A stretch of 53,950 nucleotides of DNA, counting the filler, from Bipalium vagum (lineage: Eukaryota), in assembly GCA_037834085.1 (NCBI GenBank). It is 3 parts of 3 records of this genome, joined end to end, with 100 filler letters (N's around TTAATTAATTAA, not from the genome) between each part and the next. Parts side by side here need not be neighbours in the genome. Positions count along the whole stretch, not along the records: positions 15,642 to 33,810 come from JBBMKC010038282.1; positions 33,911 to 53,950 come from JBBMKC010261752.1; 1 more part is not named here. One strand, 5' to 3'. How positions within the stretch are numbered: the first letter of the stretch is position 1; every line of letters starts with the position of its first letter. Position numbers and translations under genes: made by a program. The notes beneath the pieces are model-generated. The model had not been told where the DNA came from. It made no database searches and saw only the letters and a program-made list of their open reading frames with translations. Of the stretch, positions 23,636 through 35,382 are shown piece by piece.

Positions 23636-26600
23636 CTATTTGATTATAAAAAGAAAATTGAAAAGAAAATATTCTATATAATCATATTTTTGTTTAAATT
23701 TATGAAAAATTAAGAAAACTTCGAATTATTTTATATTACTTCAGTTAAATTATTAAGAGACTATTACAGAAAATAAAGTGATTAAATAAGAATAAAATTG
23801 ATCTTAGCTCAAGTTATTGAGTTACAAAAATTAGAATTGATCTTATTTTTCATAAAATAGATTCAAAAATATTTGTAAGGGAATGGCTGAAGAGAGAATT
23901 TTATGAACATATTTCTGTTTGATAAACAATGGATTTTGTATATATTAATCAAACAACAAAATATGAAGGAAAATATAAGAATAAATTTCGAAATCTTTTT
24001 AAATTCCGAGTTTTATTTTCATATTTCAAGTAGAATAATTTTCTATAATTTCCTGGCAGATATTTTAATAACATGAAATTAACACCGAAATAAAAATCTT
24101 TTATGAAATCTCCTAATTAACTCAAAATATCTAAAAATAACATTAATTTAATAAATTTAAATTTTCTTTAACTAAGTTTTTTCTTCCGTTTTTCTTAATT
24201 TTTAGATATTTTTTTTCATTAAATATTTTTACAATTCTATGTACTATGGTTTATAAAATCTAATTAGAACATAATGATAAAATGATTAAAAATTATTAAA
24301 ATAGAAAACTTAAAATAAAAAATATAATAGAAAAAAATAAAATTATTAAAATAGAAAAACCCATCTCTTTGAATATATCACCCTTCTTTAATAAGAACAT
24401 TAATAAATAATCAAACATTTTATCATATTTTCAAAAAATATTGGAAAATTAGAATAGGAATTATTGATGAGAAATTTTTATAGATTTTATTAATGATCAA
24501 ATTTAAATTTTTTACTTTGAAAAATGAACTTTCCTATAATTTGATTAAAAAGAAAGATATATGGAAAGAAATATATTTATTAAATTCTAGAAAAACCTAT
24601 AAAACTCACCTTTAACAATTTCTAAATATAAAATATTTTCTATTTGAAAACGTTAAAAATTTACTTCAATAACTTAGGCACAAAATGTACAAGTCTGATA
24701 AAATTAACCAATTTCATTCCAAAAGTCACATTTGGGGATATTCCTCTAAAGTGAAGTTGAAGATTTTACGAAATATAAATTAAATTAAATCAATAATTTA
24801 AATCAGTTCATTTTAATATTTTTATTTTGCATTGATAGACTTTTACTTTGCATTTTCTTTTCTTCTACATTTCAACTCAAATTTATTTTTAATTTTTATG
24901 AAATTTATATTAAAGTTTTAATAGGTCCTATATCAACTACTGTACAATAAGAAAATCAAATTTCTTTGTCTTCTTGAATTCTGGAATTAAATGGGTTAAT
25001 ATACAAATTTCTGATTAATTGTTTAAATGAAATGAAAATTGTTGTTAAAATATTTATATTTCAAATGAGGAAATTTATTCAAGTCAATATTTTAAAAAAA
25101 GAACCAAGCAGCCTGGTAAAAGGAAATTGAACTATCTAATAGATTTGATAATAAAATGTATCACTATATTTCTAGAATAAAATTATTTGTAATTACAAAA
25201 ATCGATGTCAATCGTTTAAAAAATCTTCTAAAAATTGATAAACAGAATAAGCAGTATACAGAGAGTGAGAAAAAAATAAAGACTGAATGAAAATTGAAAA
25301 ATAAACATAATAAATATCAAATAAATACAACATTGATTATTAATTGTGTGAAATAAGCGTAATATAACTCAACATTCAACCTAAATTAAAAATTAACAAG
25401 AATTTTTGATATTATGATTAAATGAAGTGAAAAAAGAATTGTATCTTATGATAAAAATAATCAGATGACGAGACGTATCGAAAGCAAAAAATTTTTACTA
25501 CAGATAATACTTAAAGTTATAAAACAGGAAAAATAATAATAGAGAACATTTGAATTGTCATTAAAACATATTTTAGAAACATCACGAAATCTAGAAAAAA
25601 AAAATATTTTGAATTAGAAAAAGTTGGGGTAGCGTCAGTGATTATTTTATTATTATTAACAATTATTAAAAACTTTTTTGGACAACTCTTATCCATCTAA
25701 AATATAGATAATGCTTCACAAGTCATAATTGTCAATATGTCAAAATCCATTTGGATAGTTGAATAATAATTCAAGACAATAAAAATAAATATATACTGCT
25801 TGATGAAAAAATTATTATGAAAACATAAATAATAATTATGGATTAAGAATCAAAGGAAGAAAACAATAAACAAACGATAAACTTATGATAAATTATAAAA
25901 GAATATATAGTCAAAAACAAATAAAGATAAAATTTCTCAAATCATCAGATTGACGTTTTAAAATTATTCTCTATTTTTCATTTTTATTTAATTTTCTTTA
26001 CTAAAAAGAAGTAAAGTGGACTGATTATAAAAATTATAAATATCATCTGTAAAATAAAACTTACTTCTGTTACATAGTTACACCCTGAAATTTGTTGACT
26101 ATAAATCAATGAAAATCTTGAAAGTATCAAAGTTAATAGAAGTAATTTATCAGAAACTTGAGATCATTTCAAAATAAATAATAATAAACATTTATATTTG
26201 TAAAATCTTTTGTTGATGGTCATTATTTGATGAAAATTGAAAATTCTTAATGTTATTTTTAGAATATTATACAAAACTCATCAAAAAATGTATTTTACAA
26301 ATAACGTTTACAACTAAAGTATACTTCTGAAAGATATTTTTATTGATTGTACTGATATCGTTGAATGAATTTCACAATAAAATTTACACATTGATCACAA
26401 AAGAGAGGAGCAAAATTTATTACTTAGATTTCAGGCAGTGTCACAGAAAATTCACATATATAAATAAAATAAGTTAAATAACGAATTTTGAGAAAAAATT
26501 TAGAAATATGTTTTAAAAAGCCTAATAGTTAATATTAAAAATAATTATTATTATTTATTTTTTAATTATTATTAAGAAAAATAATTTTATAAAAAAAATA

Positions 26601-28358
26601 TAGGATAAAAGTAATTCATAAAATATTTATAAAAGTAAATCTCCAATGTCGTTGATGCTCATTAAACATTATCCTTTTCCTAAAAGTTGCTGAGATTACA
26701 ATGATTGGAAATTCTACTTCGAAGTTATTATCAATCACTAGACTAAGTGATTTCATATGATTCACATTCAACCAAATCTTGATGATTTTATTAATTTTTA
26801 ATTTTCATATGAAAACGCAACTTTTTTCTATTTCTCCATAAAAATATTCATTTCAGAGGTCTTTTCCTTTATTGAGACTTCATTGAACATAATAAACGGA
26901 TTTTCCAAGCAATAACATTTTTACTTTACTAATGTTTGAAAACAGAAAGTAGTTCTTAAACCAAAAATGAAAAACCAATGAAGAGAACGTAATTGTAAGA
27001 TGATACAGAATTAACAAAACTTTTGAATAAAAGAATAAATAATTTTAGATGAAAATAAGAACTTTTTTATATCATATCGAAATCAAGATTAAACATTCTA
27101 AAATCAATTAAGAATAAAATTTTCAATCGATGAAGTGTACAAATGCCTTAATCACAAGATAACACATCTTCAATCATCCCAAATAGCAGATCTTATCATC
27201 TTTCTTCGAAGGACTACTATAAAAGAAAACTTAACCAATGAAAGAGAACAGAAAATGAACTTGAAATGATAGGCGGAAGCAAAAATTATTGATACAAAGC
27301 TTGTATCTAAGTAAAAGTTAACAAGTCTAAGATCAACATTACTCAAATAATATCACAATTAATGATCATTCCTTTATAAAATCAAATAATAGCATTTAAA
27401 GTTTAAACTAAGAAAAACAAAAATATATTCAAAAATGTTTTAGAAAACTAAAAATATTTTGTTTCTTAAGGAATAATTTCCTAGGGTCAATCTATATTAA
27501 TAATCTTATTAAGAACAATAATATAGTTTTTAATTTGAAATTATAATTTACTTAATAATGTATCATTAATTTCAAATAGTTAGATATTAATAGCTATTTT
27601 TAACTCTTACCATAATTTTCAGTTGTGAAATTGATTTAAGAAATTCGTGTTCCTCTAAATTTATAATTTTATTCATTTTTATAAAAACAATCGGACAATT
27701 TCAATAATGAAAAGATTTAAATCTATGAATGATTTATTGTGAAATATTAAAACAACTGTTGCTAAATTAAATAATATTAAACAAAATCGGTAAAGGTAGA
27801 AATATTTCTTCTATAGAATTTCTAAACCTCGCTAAAATGATGTCATTATTAATTTTAAAGCTATATTTAAAGATTGTATGGAAAAGTAATACGCTTTCAG
27901 TTAGAGAATGGCCAGAGAAAGATCTTTCAAGAATACACTTCGAAACCAACTTTGAAAAATAAACTAAGAATGATTAGAGATATCAATTACAAGAAACAAA
28001 TGGAAAGACATTGATATGGAATGGATACATTAAATAGTAATATTAAAATTAAGAATTAAAATACAGATCTTGAATGTAAATCACGAAGTTTTTTTTTTAA
28101 TTTATATACATCTAAATAAGTTTAATTCAATACTGTATAATTCACTACGAAAAATTTTTGATTACTTAAAATTTTTTTATTTTTAACAATGATGATAATA
28201 ATAACAAATTTACATTAAAAAGTCACAACCATTTCTAATATAAATTGAAAGGTAATCTAACAAATATTACAACGTATGATTATAAAAGTATCTTTGATGA
28301 TTTACAATATCACAAGCCAAAATTATGTTTTTACAATTAAAAGTCATTGTTAATTATT

Positions 28359-29387
28359 TTAAGGTTTACTAGATTTTATTTTCTTAACATCTTTAACATC
28401 AATCATTTTGTGACGATGTCTATTTTTTTCGAATAAGAGGCTTAATTTTTTATCCGAATGATCAACTTGAATTTTTCTATTTTTCACAAGATTAGAATCT
28501 TTTTTCTCCATTATAACATTCTTTTTACGTTTTAGCTTTTCCAAATCATCTTGAGTGATTTCATCGGTGTCGGAAAATACCTGTAAGCTTTTAGTTTTCT
28601 TTGTCGGATTTTGAAATAAAAGTGGTTTCTCCAAATTCTGATTTTTCTTGTATCTCATTGGCACTAAAGAAGCTTCACTTTCGTCTGATAAAATGCTATC
28701 AGGACTTTTTTGACTAATTTTCTTAAATGTTTCCTTGTTTTCTTTTTGCTTGTCTAAAGTTTTAATATACTGAAAAGCATTTTTCAGTTCAGGAAGATAG
28801 GATGATGTTCTGGTCTTGATCATATTTTTATTTCTCTCATCACTGTCACTTGACGATGTCAACCTGGAATCTGATTCATCAGATACATGGTTTATGTCTT
28901 CGGATCTTTTTTGAGTACTCCTACTTGTGTTCATTTTAGGATCCAAAGACCTTAGTAAATCCTTGTGAAATGATATAAGAAACAATCTACCTTTGGTTAA
29001 ATTGTTTTTGCAAATATCATTATTATTGGATTGTGAATCGTTTTCTTTTGTCCGAGAAGACAAGATTTCTGTTTTAGTGTAATTTAGAGATTTCGGAATT
29101 AAAGATTTATTAGCACAATTGCTTTCATCATCAAGTTTAAAAGATTTACAAACATTTCTGACCTGGAAACCTTGATTTCTCTGTCTAGTTTGAATCATTT
29201 GACTCGATGAAGCCAAATTCGTATTACTTTCATAGTCTACTGAATTAGAGACTCTTGTTGGTCTCATTATGATTTTATTCGAATTCAGTTTATTTTTCTT
29301 TATGTGAATAGTAAATAAACCCATTCCCTTTTTTAAAATAATTATTATCGTTTTAGTATATATATAAATATATGATAACCATTGCAT
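28359..29387 (-). CDS. Uncharacterised K/S/N/D-rich, probably disordered protein (likely start MRPTRV at about 29267)
   Basis: A 342-codon open frame is very unlikely by chance in such AT-rich DNA. Contains SSSDSDE and SDESE acidic/Ser patches and basic clusters; no recognisable domain. Confidence 0.65.
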   Translation of the reverse strand: MQWLSYIYIYTKTIIIILKKGMGLFTIHIKKNKLNSNKIIMRPTRVSNSVDYESNTNLASSSQMIQTRQRNQGFQVRNVCKSFKLDDESNCANKSLIPKSLNYTKTEILSSRTKENDSQSNNNDICKNNLTKGRLFLISFHKDLLRSLDPKMNTSRSTQKRSEDINHVSDESDSRLTSSSDSDERNKNMIKTRTSSYLPELKNAFQYIKTLDKQKENKETFKKISQKSPDSILSDESEASLVPMRYKKNQNLEKPLLFQNPTKKTKSLQVFSDTDEITQDDLEKLKRKKNVIMEKKDSNLVKNRKIQVDHSDKKLSLLFEKNRHRHKMIDVKDVKKIKSSKP

Positions 29388-29599
29388 AACTTATTTATTT
29401 TTACGGAAAATTAAATTTATACAGAATCCACAATTTTGATGTTAACATTTCCCAGAAATATGAAATTTTAATTATTTAAATCAATTATGTGGATATATTT
29501 TAAAAAGGAAAATTTTGTGATAGAGAAAATTTAATCAATAATTATAAGGAAACGTGAACATTAAACATTGAGATTTGAAAATTGTAGTATTAATTATAT

Positions 29600-30062
29600 T
29601 TTTGGGTTAGCCAAGGACACAAATTTGATCTTCTTCTGAACAGTACCACAATAGATTCTATAGTGTACTGCAATCAACTGGACCAAGAATGATTAAGAGA
29701 AAAGAATATGATATTCCAGCAGGATAATGCACGATCTACCAGAAGTTGTTACAGCTTGGATAGGATGTTTTGCTATATGCACCATATTCACCAGATCTGG
29801 TACCATCTCATTATTACCTCTTTATTATTACTACCTTTTTTAGATGGTAAAAGTTTCAGTTCCAATGAGATCAAAAATCACTTGAATCAGTTTTTCGTCA
29901 ATAAAGAAAACCATGAACGTGGCATTCTGCAACTACCACAAAGATTTCAAAAGGTATTGGACCAAAGCGGTCAATATGTAAGTGAGTAAAATATATGTTT
30001 ACTATAAAATAATTTGACTTAGGTTTTTATAAAAAACGCAATTACTTTCCGAACAACCAAAT
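29600..30062 (+). mobile_element. Mariner (cecropia-like) 3' remnant with right TIR
   Basis: IFQQDNAR, (H)APYSPDLVPSHYYLF, LDGKSF...RGILQLPQRFQKVLDQSGQY*. Followed by aaaacgcaattactttccgaacaaccaaata, similar to Hsmar1-type TIRs. Confidence 0.85.
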
Positions 30063-31717
30063 ATATCGAATTTTAACCAAGAACTACATGATTCCAAATT
30101 TAAAATTTCATTGTTAGATGCTATTTATTGGATAAGTGATGTCTGAGGATAGGTAACTATAAAAATGCATATTAAAAAATCTGGTTTTCATAATATCATT
30201 CCTGATAATGATGATATTACAGTGGACTTGCATGATAAGAATCAAGATTTAAGTCAATATTAATTTCAATGTTACCTTTGATGAATTCGTAAGTTTCGAT
30301 GATTATATATTTGTCATTACAGAAAATAGTCAGTTACTTATTAAAAAAACTTTGCAAGTTAAAATCCAACAAAGTAAAGAAAATAAACTAGGATCGGATG
30401 ATGAATCCGTAAAGGAAGTTGATGAAATAATTTCGAACAATGATGATTCATTAATTTTGATAAGATTAAATCAGTTTTCGTGTAAAAGAACCCTTATTAA
30501 TTGATATAACAATAATTGGATAAAAAATTTCAAAATATCATTTCAAAAAGAAGTTCTTCACTAAAGCGATCATTTTTGCTCGATTTTGTTAATAAAAATT
30601 AAATATTGACTTGTTTTCATGAACCATCTGTAATTTTTGGCAAAATGTTCGGTTCCATTGATCCACAATATTTACAGGTTTCATTGTAATTAATATCTTT
30701 TTTATTTGAAAAATCATATACATATGATCACTAAATTTATTAAAATGAACTTAGGATCAATGAAAGGAATGATATTAAAGATCAGCGAAGAAGTTTACCA
30801 GTGATTTAACATGAAAATATAATTCAGAAAAAATTCGAAAAAAATATTCAAAAGATGAAATTGATCTGTCTAAAAAAATTATTCGTTTTTTAAAAAAATG
30901 AAAATAAAAATAGTATAGTTAAAATAGTCTAAATAATTCACTTCAGAATTTACATAAATATTTATGAATGTCACAAAATTGATTATTTGTGAAAACATCA
31001 CAGAATTAACACTATTTTATATATATTATAATCCAATTATTCAAAAAAACCACAAAATAAATGTTTTTAGGACATTATGTCAGTAAATTAAAGTAATTAA
31101 TTAAAGCGGTCCAAAAAAAGGGTAATTATGACCGCAAAAATTAAAGAACTACTTTTCCTATTTATAAATGTAATCAATTTTTATTTTAAATCAATACTAA
31201 ATTTTATTTGAAGATAACCAAAGGAAAAAAATAGGAGTTATGAAATGACAAATGATTTAGTGGACTTTATAATCTCACTTTAATAATTTGATCCTAATGT
31301 TACTGAATAACAATATATTTATTTTAAAAACTGATCGCCATATCAAAGAAAAGCGAAAACAGTTTTTTTCAAAAATAGTCAAGATTTATTTTCAAAATTA
31401 AGCTTCCTGCCAGAATTTTTCATCGTAGATAAAATAACATATAAATAGAAATTTTTCACCAATTAATTTTGTAAATATCACATTAATCAAATAACAATTG
31501 ACGAATGAATTATTTATTAAATGACTGAACAAAAAAATATAAATAAATATAATTGGATAAAAATAAGAAAGGAGTATGTGTATATTAAATCAAATTTACA
31601 TATAATAAAATATTGAAATGTGTAAAAACTGAGTCAGGGCCAAGGTCTAGTCTATCACGAGAACTATAATCGTACAATATTACAATAATTCAATGTTTGT
31701 CATTAACGAGAATTTAT

Positions 31718-32399
31718 TTAAAATTCATAAGTAGCTAAAAGAGCTGCTACAAGGATAAATAATAGAAAGAGAATATTACTAGAAATACTGAACAATCGAT
31801 AACTTGAATTACATCCATCAAAATCATTACAAAAACAATAAATTTTTTTATCTTGTCCAGTATATCCCTGTTGCAACATGGCAATTGTACTTTTGCTCTG
31901 TTCACAATATCCGTGCCTAATGACATTCGGCATATCAAATCGGTGTCTAGTATCTCTAACTAGATCGTCCAAACAACCTCTTGTGATATATTCTTGACCT
32001 AAAATCATTACACAATATATAAATTTTTCTAAAACAGAAAACCAAGGAAAAGAATTCAGAAGATTAAATTATGAAATATATTTGATGATTAATTGTATAA
32101 CTTGCATTACCTGCTATATTTTCAATAACCTTCACGCACATGTTTTTTATTGCTAATGTATTTAAGCAACGCATCCAATGTTTTATTCTTACATCGATTC
32201 TTCCACCACATCCAGTCTGAGCACTTTGACATCGGTAACACCAGCCAACCAAAGCTAATTAATTCAAATTGTTATTAATAAAAAGTATTTAAAGTAATTG
32301 AAAAATTTTAATATGTAAACAAAAATTGATAAGATTAACGTACTTACCATTTCCATTTGCTGAAGCTATTAGTAAAGAAATAAAAATAATACTATTCAT
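31718..32399 (-). CDS. GPI-anchored Ly6/uPAR three-finger protein (quiver/sleepless-like), 158 aa; exons 32399-32348, 32254-32111, 31998-31718
   Basis: Canonical GT-AG phase-1 introns. Signal peptide MNSIIFISLLIASANG; 10 Cys from WCYRC through CVK, ITRGC and CFCNDFDGCN; hydrophobic C-terminal tail typical of a GPI signal. Confidence 0.9.
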
Positions 32400-33810
32400 C
32401 AAGGAAAGTAAATTAAATTCAAATGATTAATGATTAATTTTATATTATTAAAACACAGACAATCATTGTTTTACTAATACATGAATAACTTATGAATACT
32501 GTTATTTAAAGAAATTATTTTATAGTATTCATTTATTTTCAAATTTCTGCTTAATGAAAAATTTGTATCAATTATTAAAAATTGTACTTAAAAAAATTAT
32601 GTTAATATGTAAAAAATGAAAGTAATTTAAATTGTTTCATATGATGATTTTAACTTTTGAAAAGATGAGATTTTAATTTTTTACAGATAAATTCACTAAT
32701 AGTTTGTGTAATCAACAAAGATCAGAAAAGCAATAACGTGTATTTATTTCACAATAGAATAACAGCACGTAGATTAGCAATAGTATCGATTATCAATTTT
32801 TTGATGATCTGTTAAGATATCGATCATACCGATTAACAATGTCCCATACAATTACTAAAATGTCAATATACAGTGATAATTAATGATAATAAAAAATAGA
32901 TGTAAAAGTAATAGAACAATAATTTTAAAATGATAAAAAATTAATCTCACCACTTTTTGTCCTTCTGGTTATGAAAATTTAGCCTCTTCACGAAACTTCG
33001 ATTACAAAAACTTTTAAAACTAATATTTTCTAAAAAAATTTTTTCGACGAAAAAAGATTTAAAATTTCAATAATAGCCTCTTCCAATATCAGTTAAATTG
33101 CTTGGTCTTTACATTTACGCATGTAACCATTGCCTTAATGATAATATTGAGTTTCCAAATTTGAATTTTTTCTAATACATAAGCTTATAGAAGATTCAAC
33201 TTGGGGTGCGAATAGAGAGAAATAAGATTGTGGAGCCTCCGACAAACAGTACAACCAACAGGTCCAACACCCGTCCCAACCAACCTGGAGCAGTCTCAAA
33301 GCTCAAATCAAGCGCCACCAGTAACAACCATCTCAGAACAATCAAAAAATTGACATGCTAACATTATTTATTTGTGATCTAATTCGTGACAACTTTTCTT
33401 AACATCATTGATAAATTCCTCTTTCTTCCATATATGTACTTGACATTATTTGAAATTGTATTTTATTTTTAAATGATTAATAATCAAAAATATATATTGT
33501 ATACATATTTTGAAATTGTATTTTATTGATATTGTAAATCGATCTTGACTGATTAAATTAATTAATATAAAATAATAAATAATAGACAAAAGGAAATGAA
33601 ATAGTATAGTAATGACATGTGTAAATATTAATATAACATATATTAGTATTAGTAGCAATCATATTTATTTATTTATTTATTACATATAAATTATATTTTA
33701 AAGAAAAATAATAATATGGTAACACCAAGTTATCATTAACCCTAAAGCACATAAAAATTTTATCAGCGTTAACGCACAAAAGTGCCTATGAGTCTCTATG
33801 ATATAATACT

Positions 33811-33910
33811 NNNNNNNNNNNNNNNNNNNNNNNNNNNNNNNNNNNNNNNNNNNNTTAATTAATTAANNNNNNNNNNNNNNNNNNNNNNNNNNNNNNNNNN
33901 NNNNNNNNNN
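33811..33910. other. Assembly gap: 44 N + TTAATTAATTAA + 44 N artificial linker
   Basis: Same construct as 15542-15641. Confidence 0.95.
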
Positions 33911-33963
33911 TTTATATTTATATTTATATTTATATTTATATTTATATTTATATTTATATTTAT
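33911..33963. repeat. (TTTATA)n microsatellite at contig edge
   Basis: Direct run. Confidence 0.9.
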
Positions 33964-34749
33964 TGTCACTTTTAACGTTTTGTAAAGACAATTAACTAAG
34001 CAAATTTAATGAACCTCAATTTATGTTTTTTCTGGCATACCGTTACTAGAAATTGCTTATCTTGTTTCCCCCTAACTGCTTTAGACCTTAGACCCAATAT
34101 TCTCACCGAAATCTCCATTCTGAACTAAATCAATCAATCACATTTTTTCAAATTTCCAATGTTTTTCAACGAAAATCTACCACATAATTTTCAATATAAT
34201 TTTACAATTTAACAATGTTTATGAATATTTTAACCTGAAATCGAAAATATCCGAAATGAACTGAACAATTGATTTATCGTTGATATTAACTCCTTTGCGA
34301 AAGCTTACTTGAACATATTCTTGTCCCTTTTTATGAAATATAATACTGAAAATGTAAATTGAATGTTAAATCAGGAAAAATTTCTTTCACGGAAAAAAAA
34401 GCAGCCCCCTTTAAACTGATGATGATAATAGTAAATAAATATTGGGATCATTCTTAAACCCCTTTTACAAGTATATTATTATTCTAAATTCGGATTTTAT
34501 TAATTAAAATACGTAATATGATAAAAAATGAAAATAAACTAAAATAACACACTTGTAATACACAGTAATTCAGAAATTCTCCAATCTGATAAAGTATTGC
34601 AAAGTTATCAATAACGAATCTAACACTTGAATGAACTATGAATGTAAATCTGAGAATTACCGTTTTTTCGACTATAAGGGGCATCCTAACAATGATTTGT
34701 CTGATAAAATATTAATTTAAACTAAAACTGTATAACAAGATAGTGTGCT

Positions 34750-35010
34750 CTTCATTATCCTTTACTGTCCAGTGGCAAAATGTGGAATAACTTTCTCTAA
34801 TTATCTCCCAAGTAGTATGAAATTATGCTCTTCTTCTGCTATTAGGGAGTTTCATTTTTATCAATCCACGGTGATGATCAATTACGGTTATTCATACATG
34901 ATCCATTTCTCAACACACATAGTTATCCGATGAATAAATGGCTAATTTTGTTCCGTGAGAGCCGGCTTGAGCCGATCTCATGATATAATAATATCCCAAA
35001 TGAAAGCTTT
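34750..35010 (-). mobile_element. Small mariner fragment
   Basis: Minus strand HRITMCVEKWIMYE..SSPWIDKNETP resembles RIVTCDEKWILYDN...WLDxDExP. Confidence 0.5.
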
Positions 35011-35382
35011 GAAAAGAATAATTATTCTGATTTTTGTATTAAAATATTTTAATAACTTAACACGATTAGTTTCATTTAAATAATACAAATAATTTAAAGC
35101 TTTTATTATTAGAAATTCTCTACTTATAAATATTTTTAATTTTTTCTTAAATATTTTTTAATAATTATTTTAAAAAATAAATAAATTTTAAAAAATTAAT
35201 TAATTAAAATATTATGTTAATAAATCCGACAATCTTGAAATTAAAAATTTTATTTCAATTTTTATTTTTTTACTTAAATCTAAATATAAAGTAATATTTT
35301 TTAAAGTCTATTTTATCCTTAGTTGAAAAATACTTAATATGTAAAAAGATTTGTAAAATTAATGTGAACATTATATTTCTAG

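Noticed and set aside
24665-24746. Apparent exon (ctttag...gaa|gtaaat) next to the 12-nt micro-exon
   Set aside because: No frame joins to the downstream exons without a stop
25463-25490. Hammerhead-like string atgacga-ga-cgta-tc-gaaa
   Set aside because: Lacks the conserved C3, has only a 2-bp stem II, and no stem I or III can be formed
26640-26920. Possible hAT transposase trace (LENPF...) on the minus strand
   Set aside because: No diagnostic motif survives
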